Origin: Eledone cirrhosa
Taxonomy: Eukaryota
NCBI GenBank assembly: GCA_964016885.1
Contig: OZ024740.1
Location: forward strand, 15,934,001-15,998,000
DNA length: 64,000 bases
Direction: 5' to 3'
Under the pieces are notes generated by a model. The model made no database searches. It was not told where the DNA came from and saw only the letters and a program-made list of their open reading frames with translations. Below are positions 27,223 through 41,400 of this stretch, in pieces. The position numbers and the translations under genes are program-made. How positions within the stretch are numbered: position 1 is the first letter of the stretch; each line of letters opens with the position of its first letter.

Positions 27223-30200
27223 TCAGGAGAGCTAGACAGCAGAAGGTCTTCAGCGAAGAAACTCACAGTAGAGTTGGACAGCAGAAGCTCTTCAGAGAAG
27301 AAACTCTCAGGGGAGCTAGACAGCAGAAGGTCTTCAGAGAAGAAACTCTCAGAAGAGCTAGACAGCAGGTCTTCAGAGAAGAAACTCTCAGGAGAGCTAG
27401 ACAGCAGATGGTCTTCAGCGAAGAAACTCTCAGAAGAGTTGGACAGCAGAAGGTCTTCAGAGAAGAAACTCTCAGGGGAGCTAGACAGCAGAAGGTCTTC
27501 AGAGAAGAAACTCTCAGAAGAGCTAGACAGCAGGTCTTCAGAGAAGAAACTCTCGGGAGAGCTGGACAGCAGAAGGTCTTCAGAGAAGAAACTCTCGGGA
27601 GAGCTAGACAGCAGAAGGTCTTCAGAAAAGAAACTCTCAGGAGAGCTAGACAGCAGAAGGTCTTCAGAGAAGAAACTCTCGGTAGAGCTGGACAGCAGAA
27701 GGTCTTCAGAGAAGAAACTCTCAGGAGAGCTGGACAGCAGAAGGTCTTCAGGGAAGAAACTCTCGGGAGAGCTGGATAGCATAAGGTCTTCAGAAAAGAA
27801 ACTCTCAGGAGAGCTAGACAGCAGAAGGTCTTCAGAGAAGAAACTCTCAGGAGAGCTAGACAGCAGAAGGTCTTTAGAGAAGAAACTTTCAGGAGAGCTA
27901 GACAACAGAAGGTCTTCAGAGAAGAAACTCTCAGGATAGCTAGACATCAGAAGGTCTTCAGAGAAGAAACTCTCGGTAGAGCTGGACAGCAGAAGGTCTT
28001 CAGAGAAGAAACTCTCAGGAGAGCTGGACAGCAGAAGGTCTTCAGAGAAGAAACTCTCGGGAGAGCTGGACAGCATAAGGTCTTCAGGAAAGAAACTTTC
28101 AGGAGAGCTAGGCAACAGAAGGTCTTCAGAGAAGAAACTCTCAGGATAGCTAGACAGCAGAAGGTCTTCAGAGAAGAAAGTCTCGGGAGAGCTGGACAGC
28201 AGAAGGTCATTAGAGAAGAAACTCTCAGGAGAGCTAGACAGCAGAAGGTCTTCAGAGAAGAAACTGTCAGGAGAGCTAGACAGCAGAAGGTCTTCAGAGA
28301 AGAAACTGTCACGAGAGCTGGACAGTAGAAAGTCTTTAGAGAAGAAACTGTCAGGAGAGCTGGACAGCAGAAGGTCTTTAGAGAAGAAACTGTCAGGAGA
28401 GCTAGACAGCAGAAGGTCTTCAGAGAAGAAACTGTCAGGAGAGCTGGACAGCAGAAGGTCTTTAGAGAAGAAACTGTCAGGGGACCTGGACAGTAGAAGG
28501 TCTTTAGAGAAGAAACTCTCAGGAGAGCTGGACAGTAGAAGGTCTTCAGAGAAGAAACTGTCAGGAGACCTGGACAGCAGAAGGTCTTTAGAGAAGAAAC
28601 TCTCGGGAGAGCTGTACAGCAGAAGGTCTTCAGAGAAGAAACTGTCAGGAGAGCTGGACAGCAGATGGTCTTCAGCAAAGAAACTCTCAGAAGAGTTGGA
28701 CAGCAGAAGGTCTTCAGAGAAGAATCTCTCAAGAGAGCTAGACAGCAGAAGGTCTTCAGAGAAGAAACTCTCAGGAGAGTTGGACAGCAGAAGGTCTGCA
28801 GAGAAGAAACTATCAGGAGAGCTGGACAGCAGAAGGTCTTCAGAGAAGAAACTCTCGGGAGAGCTGTACAGCAGAAGGTCTTCAGAAGAGAAACTCTCAG
28901 GAGAGCTAGGCAGCAGAAGGTCTTCAGAGAAGAAACTCTCAGGAGATCTAGACAGCAGAAGGTCTTTAGAGAAGAAACTCTCAGGAGAGCTAGACAGCAG
29001 AAGGTCTTAAGAGAAGAAACTCTCAGGAGAGCTGGACAGCAGAATGTCTTCAGAGAAGCTCTCGGTAGAATTGGACAGCAGAAGGTCTTCAGAGAAGAAA
29101 CTCTCAGGAGAGCTAGACAGCAGAAGCTCTTCAGAGAAGAAAGTCTCAGGAGAGCTGGACAGCAGAAGGTCTTTAGAGAAGAAACTCTCAGGAGAGCTGG
29201 ATAGCAGAAGGTCTTCAGAGAAGAAACTCTCGGGAGAGCTGGACAGCAGAAGGTCTTTAGAGAAGAAACTCTCAGGAGAGCTAGACAGCAGAAGGTCTTC
29301 AGAGAAGAAACTCTCAGGAGAGCTAGACAGCAGAAGGTCTTCAGAGAAGAAACTCTCAGAAGAGTTGGACCCCAGAAGCTCTTCAGAGAAGAAACTCTCA
29401 GGGGAGCTAGACAGCAGAAGGTCTTCAGAGAAGAACCTCTCAGGAGAGCTAGACAGCAGAAGGTCTTCAGCGAAGAAACTCTCAGAAGAGTTGGACAGCA
29501 GAAGCTCTTCAGAGAAGAAACTCTCAGGGGAGCTAGACAGCAGAAGGTCTTCAGAGAAGAAACTCTCAGAAGAGCTAGACAGCAGGTCTTCAGAGAAGAA
29601 ACTCTCAGGAGAGCTAGACAGCAGATGGTCTTCAGCGAAGAAACTCTCAGAAGAGTTGGACAGCAGAAGGTCTTCAGAGAAGAAACTCTCAGGGAGCTAG
29701 ACAGCAGAAGGTCTTCAGAGAAGAAACTCTCAGAAGAGCTAGACAGCAGGTCTTCAGAGAAGAAACTCTCGGGAGAGCTGGACAGCAGAAGGTCTTCAGA
29801 GAAGAAACTCTCGGGAGAGCTAGACAGCAGAAGGTCTTCAGAAAAGAAACTCTCAGGAGAGCTAGACAGCAGAAGGTCTTCAGAGAAGAAACTCTCGGTA
29901 GAGCTGGACAGCAGAAGGTCTTCAGAGAAGAAACTCTCAGGAGAGCTGGACAGCAGAAGGTCTTCAGGGAAGAAACTCTCGGGAGAGCTGGATAGCATAA
30001 GGTCTTCAGAAAAGAAACTCTCAGGAGAGCTAGACAGCAGAAGGTCTTTAGAGAAGAAACTCTCAGGATAGCTAGACAGCAGAAGGTCTTCAGAGAAGAA
30101 AGTCTCGGGAGAGCTGGACAGCAGAAGGTCATTAGAGAAGAAACTCTCAGGAGAGCTAGACAGCAGAAGGTCTTCAGAGAAGAAACTGTCAGGAGAGCTA

Positions 30201-33200
30201 GACAGCAGAAGGTCTTCAGAGAAGAAACTGTCACGAGAGCTGGACAGTAGAAAGTCTTTAGAGAAGAAACTGTCAGGAGAGCTGGACAGCAGAAGGTCTT
30301 TAGTGAAGAAACTGTCAGGAGAGCTAGACAGCAGAAGGTCTTCAGAGAAGACACTGTCAGGAGAGCTGGACAGCAGAAGGTCTTTAGAGAAGAAACTGTC
30401 AGGGGACCTGGACAGTAGAAGGTCTTTAGAGAAGAAACTCTCAGGAGAGCTGGACAGTAGAAGGTCTTCAGAGAAGAAACTGTCAGGAGACCTGGACAGC
30501 AGAAGGTCTTTAGAGAAGAAACTCTCGGGAGAGCTGTACAGCAGAAGGTCTTCAGAGAAGAAACTGTCAGGAGAGCTGGACAGCAGATGGTCTTCAGCAA
30601 AGAAACTCTCAGAAGAGTTGGACAGCAGAAGGTCTTCAGAGAAGAAACTCTCAAGAGAGCTAGACAGCAGAAGGTCTTCAGAGAAGAAACTCTCGGGAGA
30701 GTTGGACAGCAGAAGGTCTGCAGAGAAGAAACTATCAGGAGAGCTGGACAGCAGAAGGTCTTCAGAGAAGAAACTCTCGGGAGAGCTGTACAGCAGAAGG
30801 TCTTCAGAAGAGAAACTCTCAGGAGAGCTAGGCAGCAGAAGGTCTTCAGAGAAGAAACTCTCAGGAGATCTAGACAGCAGAAGGTCTTTAGAGAAGAAAC
30901 TCTCAGGAGAGCTAGACAGCAGAAGGTCTTAAGAGAAGAAACTCTCAGGAGAGCTGGACAGCAGAAGGTCTTCAGAGAAGCTCTCGGTAGAGTTGGACAG
31001 CAGAAGGTCTTCAGAGAAGAAACTCTCAGGAGAGCTAGACAGCAGAAGCTCTTCAGAGAATAAAGTCTCAGGAGAGCTGGACAGCAGAAGGTCTTTAGAG
31101 AAGAAATTCTCAGGAGAGCTGGATAGCAGAAGGTCTTCAGAGAAGAAACTCTCGGGAGAGCTGGACAGCAGAAGGTCTTTAGAGAAGAAACTCTCAGGAG
31201 AGCTAGACAGCAGAAGGTCTTCAGAGAAGAAACTCTCAAGAGAGTTGCACAGCAGAAGGTCGTCAGAGAACAAACTCACGGGAGAGATGGACAGCAGAAG
31301 GTCTTCAGAGATAAACTCTCGGGAGAGCTGGACATCAGAAGGTCTTCAGAGAAGAAACTCTCGGGAGAGCTGGATAGCAGAAGGTCTTCAGAGAAGAAAC
31401 TCTCGGGAGAGCTGGACAGCAGAAGGTCTTCAGAGAAGAAACTCTCGGTAGAGCTGGACAGCAGGTCTTCAGAGAAGAAAATGTCAGGAGAGCTGGACAG
31501 TAGGTCTTCAGAGAAGAAACTCTCGGGCGTGCTGGACAGCAGAAGGTCTTTAGAGAAGAAACTCTCAGAAGAGCTAAACAGCAGAAGGTGTTCAGAGAAG
31601 AAACTGTTAGGAGAGCTGGACAGCAGAAGGTCTTCAGAGAAGAAACTCTCAGAAGAGCTAGACAGCAGGTCTTCAGAGAAGAATCTCTCGGGAGAGCTGG
31701 ACAGCAGATGGTCTTCAGAGAAGAAACTCTCAGAAGAGCTAGACAGCAGAAAATGTTCAGAGAGAAACTGTCAGGAGAGCTGGACAGCAGAAGGTCTTCA
31801 GAGAAGAAACTCTCAGGAGAGCTGGACAGCAGAAGGTCTTCAGAGACGAAACTCTCAGGAGAGCTGGACAGCAGAAGGTCTTCAGAGAAGAAACTCTCAG
31901 GAGAGCTAGACAGCAGAAGGTCTTCAGAGAAGAAACTCTCAGGAGAGCTAGACAGCAGAAGGTCTTCAGCGAAGAAACTCTCAGAAGAGTTGGACAGCAG
32001 AAGCTCTTCAGAGAAGAAACTCTCAGGGGAGCTAGACAGCAGAAGGTCTTCAGAGAAGAAACTCTCAGAAGAGCTAGACAGCAGGTCTTCAGAGAAGAAA
32101 CTCTCAGGAGAGCTAGACAGCAGATGGTCTTCAGCGAAGAAACTCTCAGAAGAGTTGGACAGCAGAAGGTCTTCAGAGAAGAAACTCGCAGGGGAGCTAG
32201 ACAGCAGAAGGTCTTCAGAGAAGAAACTCTCAGAAGAGCTAGACAGCAGGTCTTCAGAGAAGAAACTCTCGGGAGAGCTGGACAGCAGAAGGTCTTCAGA
32301 GAAGAAACTCTCGGGAGCGCTAGACAGCAGAAGGTCTTCAGAAAAGAAACTCTCAGGAGAGCTAGACAGCAGAAGGTCTTCAGAGAAGAAACTCTCAGGA
32401 GAGTTGGACAGCAGAAGGTCTGCAGAGAAGAAACTCTCAGGACAGCTAGACAGCAGAAGGTCTTCAGAGAAGAAACTCTCAGGAGAGCTGGACAGTAGAA
32501 GGTCTTCAGAGAAGAAACTCTCGGGAGAGCTAGACAGCAGAAGGTCTTCAGAGAAGAAACTCTCAGGAGAGCTAGACAGCAGAGGGTCTTCAGAGAAGAA
32601 ACTCTCGGGAGAGCTGAACAGCAAATGGTCTTCAGCGAAGAAACTCTCAGGAGAGCTAGACAGCAGAAGGTCTTCAGAGAAGAAACTCTCAGGAGAGCTA
32701 GACAGCAGAGGGTCTTCAGAGAAGAAACTCTCGGGAGAGCTGGACAGCAGATGGTCTTCAGCAAAGAAACTCTCAGAAGAGGTGGACAGCAGAAGGTCTT
32801 CAGAGAAGAAACTCTCAGGAGAGCTGGACAGCAGAAGGTCTTCAGAGAAGAAACTCTCAGGAGAGCTAGACAGCAGAAGGTCTTCAGAGAAGAAACTCTC
32901 AGGAGAGCTAGACAGCAGATCAGCAGAGAAGAAACTCTCGGTAGAGCTGGACAGCAGAAGGTCTTCAGAGAAGAAACTCTCAGGAGAGCTGGACAGCAGA
33001 AGGTCTTCAGAGAAGAAACTCTCGGGAGAGCTGGACAGCATAAGGTCTTCAGAAAAGAAACTCTCAGGAGAGCTAGACAGCAGAAGGTCTTCAGAGAAGA
33101 AACTCTCAGGAGAGCTAGACAGCAGAAGGTCTTTAGAGAAGAAACTTTCAGTAGAGCTAGACAACAGAAGGTCTTCAGAGAAGAAACTCTCAGGAGAGCT

Positions 33201-35999
33201 AGACAGCAGAAGGTCTTCAGAGAAGAAACTGTCACGAGAGCTGGACAGTAGAAGGTCTTTAGAGAAGAAACTGTCAGGAGAGCTGGACAGCAGAAGGTCT
33301 TTAGAGAAGAAACTGTCAGGAGAGCTAGACAGCAGAAGGTCTTCAGAGAAGAAACTGTCAGGAGAGCTGGACAGCAGAAGGTCTTTAGAGAAGAAACTGT
33401 CAGGAGAGCTGGACAGTAGAAGGTCTTTAGAGAAGAAACTCTCAGGAGAGCTGGACAGTAGAAGGTCTTCAGAGAAGAAACTGTCAGGAGACCTGGACAG
33501 CAGAAGGTCTTTAGAGAAGAAACTGTCAGGAGAGCTGGACAGCAGATGGTCTTCAGCAAAGAAACTCTCAGAAGAGTTGGACAGCAGAAGGTCTTCAGAG
33601 AAGAAACTCTCAAGAGAGCTAGACAGCAGAAGGTCTTCAGAGAAGAAACTCTCAGGAGAGTTGGACAGCAGAAGGTCTGCAGAGAAGAAACTCTCAGGAG
33701 AGCTGGACAGCAGAAGGTCTTCAGAGAAGAAACTCTCGGGAGAGCTGTACAGCAGAAGGTCTTCAGAAGAGAAACTCTCAGGAGAGCTAGACAGCAGAAG
33801 GTCTTCAGAGAAGAAACTCTCAGGAGATCTAGACAGCAGAAGGTCTTTAGAGAAGAAACTCTCAGGAGAGCTAGACAGCAGGTCTTAAGAGAAGAAACTC
33901 TCAGGAGAGCTGGACAGCAGAAGGTCTTCAGAGAAGAAGCTCTCGGGAGAGTTGGACAGCAGAAGGTCTTCAGAGAAGAAACTCTCAAAAGAGCTAGACA
34001 GCAGAAGGTCTTCAGAGAAGAAAGTCTCAGGAGGGCTGGACAGCAGAAGGTCTTTAGAGAAGAGACTCTCAGGAGAGCTGGATAGCAGAAGGTCTTCAGA
34101 GAAGAAACTCTCGGGAGAGCTGGACAAAAGAAGGTCTTTAGAGAAGAAACTCTCAGGAGAGCTAGACAGCAGAAGGTCTTCAGAGAAGAATCTCTCAAGA
34201 GAGTTGGACAGCAGAAGGTCTTCAGAGAACAAACTCAAGGGAGAGCTGGACAGCAGAAGGTCTTCAGAGATAAACTCTCGGGAGAGCTGGACATCAGAAG
34301 GTTCTCAGAGAAGAAACTCTCGGGACAGCTGGATAGCAGAAGGTCTTCAGAGAAGAAACTCTCGGTAGAGCTGGACAGCAGAAGGTCTTCAGAGAAGAAA
34401 ATGTCAGGAGAGCTGGACAGTAGGTCTTCAGAGAAGAAACTCTCGGGAGTGCTGGACAGCAGAAGGTCTTTAGAGAAGAAACTCTCAGAAGAGCTAGACA
34501 GCAGAATGTGTTGAGAGAAGAAACTGTCAGGAGAGCTGGACAGCAGAAGGTCTTCAGAGAAGAAACTCTCAGAAGAGCTAGACAGCAGGTCTTCAGAGAA
34601 GAAACTCTCGGGAGAGCTGGACAGCAGAATGTCTTCAGAGAAGAAACTCTCAGAAGAGCTAGACAGCAGAAAATTTTCAGAGAGAAACTGTCAGGAGAGC
34701 TGGACAGCAGAAGGTCTTCAGAGAAGAAACTCTCAGGAGAGCTGGACAGCAGAAGGTCTTCAGAGAAGAAACTCTCGGGAGAGCTGGACAGCAGAAGATC
34801 TTCAGAGAAGAAACTCTCAGGAGAGCTAGACAGCAGAAGGTCGTTAGAGAAGAAACTCTCAGAAGAGTTGGACAGCAGAAGGTCTTCAGAAAAGAAACTC
34901 TCGGGAGAGCTGGACAGCAGAAGGTCTTCAGAGAAGAAACTCTCGGGAGAGCTAGACAGCAGAAGGTCTTCAGAGAAGAAACTCTCAGGAGAGCTAGACA
35001 GCAGAAGGTCTTTAGAGAAGAAACTTTCAGGAGAGCTAGACAGCAGAAGGTCTTCAGAGAAGAAACTCTCAGGAGAGCTGGACAGCAGAAGGTCTTCAGA
35101 GAAGAAACTCTCGGGAGAGCTGGACAGCAGAAGGTCTTTAGAGAAGAAACTCTCGGGAGAGTTGGACAGCAGAAGGTCTTCAGAGAAGAAACTCTCAGGA
35201 GAGCTGGATAGCAGAAGGTCTTCAGAGAAGAAACTCTCGGGAGAGCTGGACAGCAGAAGGTCTTTAGAGAAGAAACTCTCTGGAGAGCTAGACAGCAGAA
35301 GGTCTTCAGAGAAGAAACTCTCGGGAGAGCTGGACAGCAGAAGGTCTTTAGAGAAGAAACTCTCTGGAGAGCTAGACAGCAGAAGGTCTTCAGAGAAGAA
35401 ACTCTGAAGAGAGTTGGACAGCAGAAGGTCTTCAGAGAACAAACTCACGGGAGAGCTGGACAGCTGAAGGTCTTCAGAGATAAACTCTCGGGAGAGCTGG
35501 ACATCAGAAGGTCTTCAGAGAATAAACTCTCGGGAGAGCTCGACAGCAGAAGGTCTTCAGAGAAGAAACTCTCGGGAGAGCTGGACAGCAGAAGGTCTTC
35601 AGAGAAGAAACTCTCGGTCGAGCTGGACAGCAGAAGGTCTTCGGAGAAGGAACTGTCAGGAGAGCTGGACAGTAGGTCTTCAGAGAAGAAACTCTCGGGA
35701 GTGCTGGACAGCAGAAGGTCTTTAGAGAAGAAACTCTCAGAATAGCTGGACAGCAGAAGGTCTTTAGAGAAGAAACTGTCAGGAGAGCTGGACAGTAGAA
35801 GGTCTTTAGAGAAGAAACTCTCAGGAGAGCTGGACAGTAGAAGGTCTTCAGATAAGAAACTGTCAGGAGACCTGGACAGCAGAAGGTCTTTAGAGAAGAA
35901 ACTCTCAGGAGAGCTGGCCAGCAGAAGGTCTTAAGAGAAGAAACTGTCAGGAGAGCTGGACAGCAGATGGTCTTCAGCAAAGAAACTCTCAGAAGAGTT
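27223..35999. repeat. ≥8.8-kb block, copy 1 of a long-range duplication (copy 2 at 53715 to window end)
   Basis: ORF offsets 26492 (27408/53900, 28665/55157), 28043 (29044/57087, 29689/57732), 28085 (30303/58388, 31588/59673) and 28001 (33546/61547, 34294/62295, 35504/63505). Confidence 0.93.
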
Positions 36000-36439
36000 G
36001 GACAGCAGAGGGTCTTCAGAGAAGAAACTCTCAAGAGAGCTAGACAGCAGAAGGTCTTCAGAGAAGAAACTCTCAGGAGGGTTGGACAGCAGAAGGTCTT
36101 CAGAGAAGAAACTCTCAGGAGAGTTGGACAGCAGAAGGTCTGCAGACAAGAAACTATCAGGGGAGCTGGACAGCAGAAGGTCTTCAGAGAAGAAACTCTC
36201 GGGAGAGCTGTACAGCAGAAGGTCTTCAGAAGAGAAACTCTCAGGAGAGCTAGGCAGCAGAAGGTCTTCAGAGAAGAAACTCTCAGGAGATCTAGACAGC
36301 AGAAGGTCTTTAGAGAAGAAACTCTCAGGAGAGCTAGACAGCAGAAGGTCTTAAGAGAAGAAACTCTCAGGAGAGCTGGACAGCAGAAGGTCTTCAGAGA
36401 AGCTCTCGGGAGAGTTGGACAGCAGAAGGTCTTCAGAGA

Positions 36440-38400
36440 AGAAACTCTCAGGAGAGCTAGACAGCAGAAGGTCTTCAGAGAAGAAAGTCTCAGGAGAGCT
36501 GGACAGAAGAAGGTCTTCAGAGAAGAAACTCTCAGGACATCTGGATAGCAGAAGGTCTTCAGAGAAGAAACTCTCGGGAGAGCTGGACAGCAGAAGGTCT
36601 TTAGAGAAGAAACTCTCAGGAGAGCTAGACAGCAGAAGGTCTTCAGAGAAGAAACTCTCAAGAGAGTTGGACAGCAGAAGGTCTTCAGAGAACAAACTCA
36701 CGGGAGAGCTGGACAGCAGAAGGTCTTCAGAGATAAACTCTCGTGAGAGCTGGACATCAGAAGGTCTTTAGAGAAGAAACTCTCGGGAGAGCTGGATAGC
36801 AGGAGGTCTTCAGAGAAGAAACTCTCGGGAGAGCTGGACAGCAGAAGGTCTTCAGAGAAGAAACACTCGGTAGAGCTGGACAGCAGAAGGTCTTCAGAGA
36901 AGAAAATGTCAGGAGAGCTGGACAGTAGGTCTTCAGAGAAGAAACTCTCGGGCGTGCTTGACAGCAGAAGGTCTTTAGAGAAGAAACTCTCAGAAGAGCT
37001 AGACAGCAGAAGGTGTTCAGAGAAGAAACTGTCAGGAGAGCTGGACAGCAGAAGGTCTTCAGAGAAGAAACTCTCAGAAGAGCTAGACAGCAGGTCTTCA
37101 GAGAAGAAACTCTCGGGAGAGCTGGACAGCAGATGGTCTTCAGAGAAGAAACTCTCAGAAGAGCTAGACAGCAGAAAATGTTCAGAGAGAAACTGTCAGG
37201 AGAGCTGGACAGCAGCAGGTCTTCAGAGAAGAAACTCTCAGGAGAGCTGGACAGCAGAAGGGCTTCAGAGAAGAAACTCTCGGAAGAGCTGGACAGCAGA
37301 AGATCTTCAAAGAAGAAACTCTCAGGAGAGCTAGACAGCAGAAGGTCTTTAGAGAAGAAACTGTCAGAAGAGCTAGACAGCAGAAGGTCTTTAGAGAAGA
37401 AACTCTCGGGAGAGCTGGACAGCATAAGGTCTTCAGAAAAGAAACTCTCAGGAGAGCTAGACAGCAGAAGGTCTTCAGAGAAGAAAGTCTCAGGAGAGCT
37501 GGACAGAAGAAGGTCTTCAGAGAAGAAACTCTCATGACATCTGGATAGCAGAAGGTCTTCAGAGAAGAAACTCTCGGGAGAGCTGGACAGCAGAAGGTCT
37601 TTAGAGAAGAAACTCTCAGGAGAGCTAGACAGCAGAAGGTCTTCAGAGAAGAAACTCTCAAGAGAGTTGGACAGCAGAAGGTCTTCAGAGAACAAACTCA
37701 CGGGAGAGCTGGACAGCAGAAGGTCTTCAGAGATAAACTCTCGTGAGAGCTGGACATCAGAAGGTCTTCAGAGAAGAAACTCTCGGGAGAGCTGGATAGC
37801 AGGAGGTCTTCAGAGAAGAAACTCTCGGGAGAGCTGGACAGCAGAAGGTCTTCAGAGAAGAAACACTCGGTAGAGCTGGACAGCAGAAGGTCTTCAGAGA
37901 AGAAAATGTCAGGAGAGCTGGACAGTAGGTCTTCAGAGAAGAAACTCTCGGGCGTGCTTGACAGCAGAAGGTCTTTAGAGAAGAAACTCTCAGAAGAGCT
38001 AGACAGCAGAAGGTGTTCAGAGAAGAAACTGTCAGGAGAGCTGGACAGCAGAAGGTCTTCAGAGAAGAAACTCTCAGAAGAGCTAGACAGCAGGTCTTCA
38101 GAGAAGAAACTCTCGGGAGAGCTGGACAGCAGATGGTCTTCAGAGAAGAAACTCTCAGAAGAGCTAGACAGCAGAAAATGTTCAGAGAGAAACTGTCAGG
38201 AGAGCTGGACAGCAGGAGGTCTTCAGAGAAGAAACTCTCAGGAGAGCTGGACAGCAGAAGTGCTTCAGAGAAGAAACTCTCGGAAGAGCTGGACAGCAGA
38301 AGATCTTCAAAGAAGAAACTCTCAGGAGAGCTAGACAGCAGAAGGTCTTTAGAGAAGAAACTGTCAGAAGAGCTAGACAGCAGAAGGTCTTTAGAGAAGA
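36440..38400. repeat. Tandem duplication with 1000-bp period (24 monomers minus 8 bp)
   Basis: ORF pairs 36757/37757, 36906/37906 and 37013/38013; shared rare variants TCGTGAG, AAACACTCGG, GGCGTGCTTG and GACATCTGG. Confidence 0.88.
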
Positions 38401-41400
38401 AACTGTCAGGAGAGCTGGACAGTAGAAGGTCTTTCGAGAAGAAACTCTCAGGAGAGCTGGACAGTAGAAGGTCTTCAGAGAAGAAACTGTCAAGAGAGCT
38501 GGACAGCAGATGGTCTTCAGAGAAGAAACTCTCAGAAGAGTTGGACAGCAGAAGGTCTTCAGAGAAGAAACTCTCAGGGGAGCTAGACAGCAGAAGGTCT
38601 TCAGAGAAGAAACTCTCAGAGGAGCTAGACAGCAGGTCTTCAGAGAAGAAACTCTCGGGAGAGCTGGACAGCAGAAGGTCTTCAGAGAAGAAACTCTCGG
38701 GAGAGCTAGACAGCAGAAGGTCTTCAGAAAAGAAACTCTCAGGAGAGCTAGACAGCAGAAGGTCTTCAGAGAAGAAACTCTCAGGGGAGTTGGACAGCAG
38801 AAGGTCTGCAGAGAAGAAACTCTCAGGACAGCAAGACAGCAGAAGGTCTTCAGAGAAGAAACTCTCAGGAGAGCTGGACAGTAGAAGGTCTTCAGAGAAG
38901 AAACTCTCGGGAGAGCTAGACAGCAGAAGGTCTTCAGAGAAGAAACTCTCAGGAGAGCTAGACAGCAGAGGGTCTTCAGAGAAGAAACTCTCGGGAGAGC
39001 TGAACAGCAAATGGTCTTCAGCGAAGAAACTCTCAGGAGAGCTAGACAGCAGAAGGTCTTCAGAGAAGAAACTCTCAGGAGAGCTAGACAGCAGAGGGTC
39101 TTCAGAGAAGAAACTCACGGGAGAGCTGGACAGCAGATGGTCTTCAGCAAAGAAACTCTCAGAAGAGTTGGACAGCAGAAGGTCTTCAGAGAAGAAACTC
39201 TCAGGAGAGCTAGACAGCAGAAGGTCTTCAGAGACGAAACTCTCGGGAGAGCTGGACAGCAGAAGGTCTTCAGAGAAGAAACTCTCAGGAGAGCTAGACA
39301 GCAGAAGGTCTTCATAGAAGAAACACTCAGGAGAGCTAGACAGCAGAAGGTCTTCAGAGAAGAAACTCTCAGAAGAGCTAGACAGCAGATCTTCAGAGAA
39401 GAAACTCTCGGTAGAGCTGGACAGCAGAAGGTCTTCAGAGAAGAAACTCTCAGGAGAGCTGGACAGCAGAAGGTCTTTAGTGAAGAAACTCTCGGGAGAG
39501 CTGGACAGCATAAGGTCTTCAGAAAAGAAACTCTCAGGAGAGCTAGACAGCAGAAGGTCTTCAGAGAAGAAACTCTCAGGAGAGCTAGACAGCAGAAGGT
39601 CTTTAGAGAAGAAACTTTCAGTAGAGCTAGACAACAGAAGGTCTTCAGAGAAGAAACTCTCAGGATAGCTAGACAGCAGAAGGTCTTCAGAGAAGAAAGT
39701 CTCGGGAGAGCTGGACAGCAGAAGGTCATTAGAGAAGAAACTCTCAGGAGAGCTAGACAACAGAAGGTCTTCAGAGAAGAAACTGTCAGGAGAGCTAGAC
39801 AGCAGAGGGTCTTCAGAGAAGAAACTGTCACGAGAGCTGGACAGTAGAAGGTCTTTAGAGAAGAAACTGTCAGGAGAGCTGGACAGCAGAAGGTCTTCAG
39901 AGAAGAAACTGTCAGGAGAGCTGGACAGAAGAAGGTCTTCAGAGAAGAAACTCTCAGGAGAGATAGACAGCAGGTCTTCTGAGAAGATACTCTCACGAGA
40001 GCTGGACACCAGAAGGTCTTCAGAGAAGAAACTCTCAAAAGAGCTAGACAGCAGAAGGTCTTCAGAGAAGAAAGTCTCAGGAGAGCTGGACAGCAGAAGG
40101 TCTTTAGAGAAGTAACTCTCAGGAGAGCTGGATAGCAGAAGGTCTTCAGAGAAGAAACTCTCGGGAGAGCTGGACAAAAGAAGGTCTTTAGAGAAGAAAC
40201 TCTCAGGAGAGCTAGACAGCAGAAGGTCTTCAGAGAAGAAACTCTCGGGACAGCTGGATAGCAGAAGGTCTTCAGAGAAGAAACTCTCGGGAGAGCTGGA
40301 CAGAAGAAGGTCTTCAGAGAAGAAACTCTCGGTAGAGCTGGACAGCAGAAGGTCTTCAGAGAAGAAAATGTCAGGAGAGCTGGACAGTAGGTCTTCAGAG
40401 AAGAAACTCTCGGGAGTGCTGGACAGCAGAAGGTCTTTAGAGAAGAAACTCTCAGAAGAGCTAGACAGCAGAATGTGTTGAGAGAAGAAACTGTCAGGAG
40501 AGCTGGACAGCAGAAGGTCTTCAGAGAAGAAACTCACAAAAGAGCTAGACAGCAGGTCTTCAGAGAAGAAACTCTCGGGAGAGCTGGACAGCAGAATGTC
40601 TTCAGAGAAGAAACTCTCAGAAGAGCTAGACAGCAGAAAATGTTCAGAGAGAAACTGTCAGGAGAGCTGGACAGCAGCAGGTCTTCAGAGAAGAAACTCT
40701 CAGGAGAGCTGGACAGCAGAAGGGCTTCAGAGAAGAAACTCTCGGAAGAGCTGGACAGCAGAAGATCTTCAAAGAAGAAACTCTCAGGAGAGCTAGACAG
40801 CAGAAGGTCTTTAGAGAAGAAACTGTCAGAAGAGCTAGACAGCAGAAGGTCTTTAGAGAAGAAACTCTCGGGAGAGCTGGACAGCATAAGGTCTTCAGAA
40901 AAGAAACTCTCAGGAGAGCTAGACAGCAGAAGGTCTTCAGAGAAGAAAGTCTCAGGAGAGCTGGACAGAAGAAGGTCTTCAGAGAAGAAACTCTCATGAC
41001 ATCTGGATAGCAGAAGGTCTTCAGAGAAGAAACTCTCGGGAGAGCTGGACAGCAGAAGGTCTTTAGAGAAGAAACTCTCAGGAGAGCTAGACAGCAGAAG
41101 GTCTTCAGAGAAGAAACTCTCAAGAGAGTTGGACAGCAGAAGGTCTTCAGAGAACAAACTCACGGGAGAGCTGGACAGCAGAAGGTCTTCAGAGATAAAC
41201 TCTCGTGAGAGCTGGACATCAGAAGGTCTTCAGAGAAGAAACTCTCGGGAGAGCTGGATAGCAGGAGGTCTTCAGAGAAGAAACTCTCGGGAGAGCTGGA
41301 CAGCAGAAGGTCTTCAGAGAAGAAACACTCGGTAGAGCTGGACAGCAGAAGGTCTTCAGAGAAGAAAATGTCAGGAGAGCTGGACAGTAGGTCTTCAGAG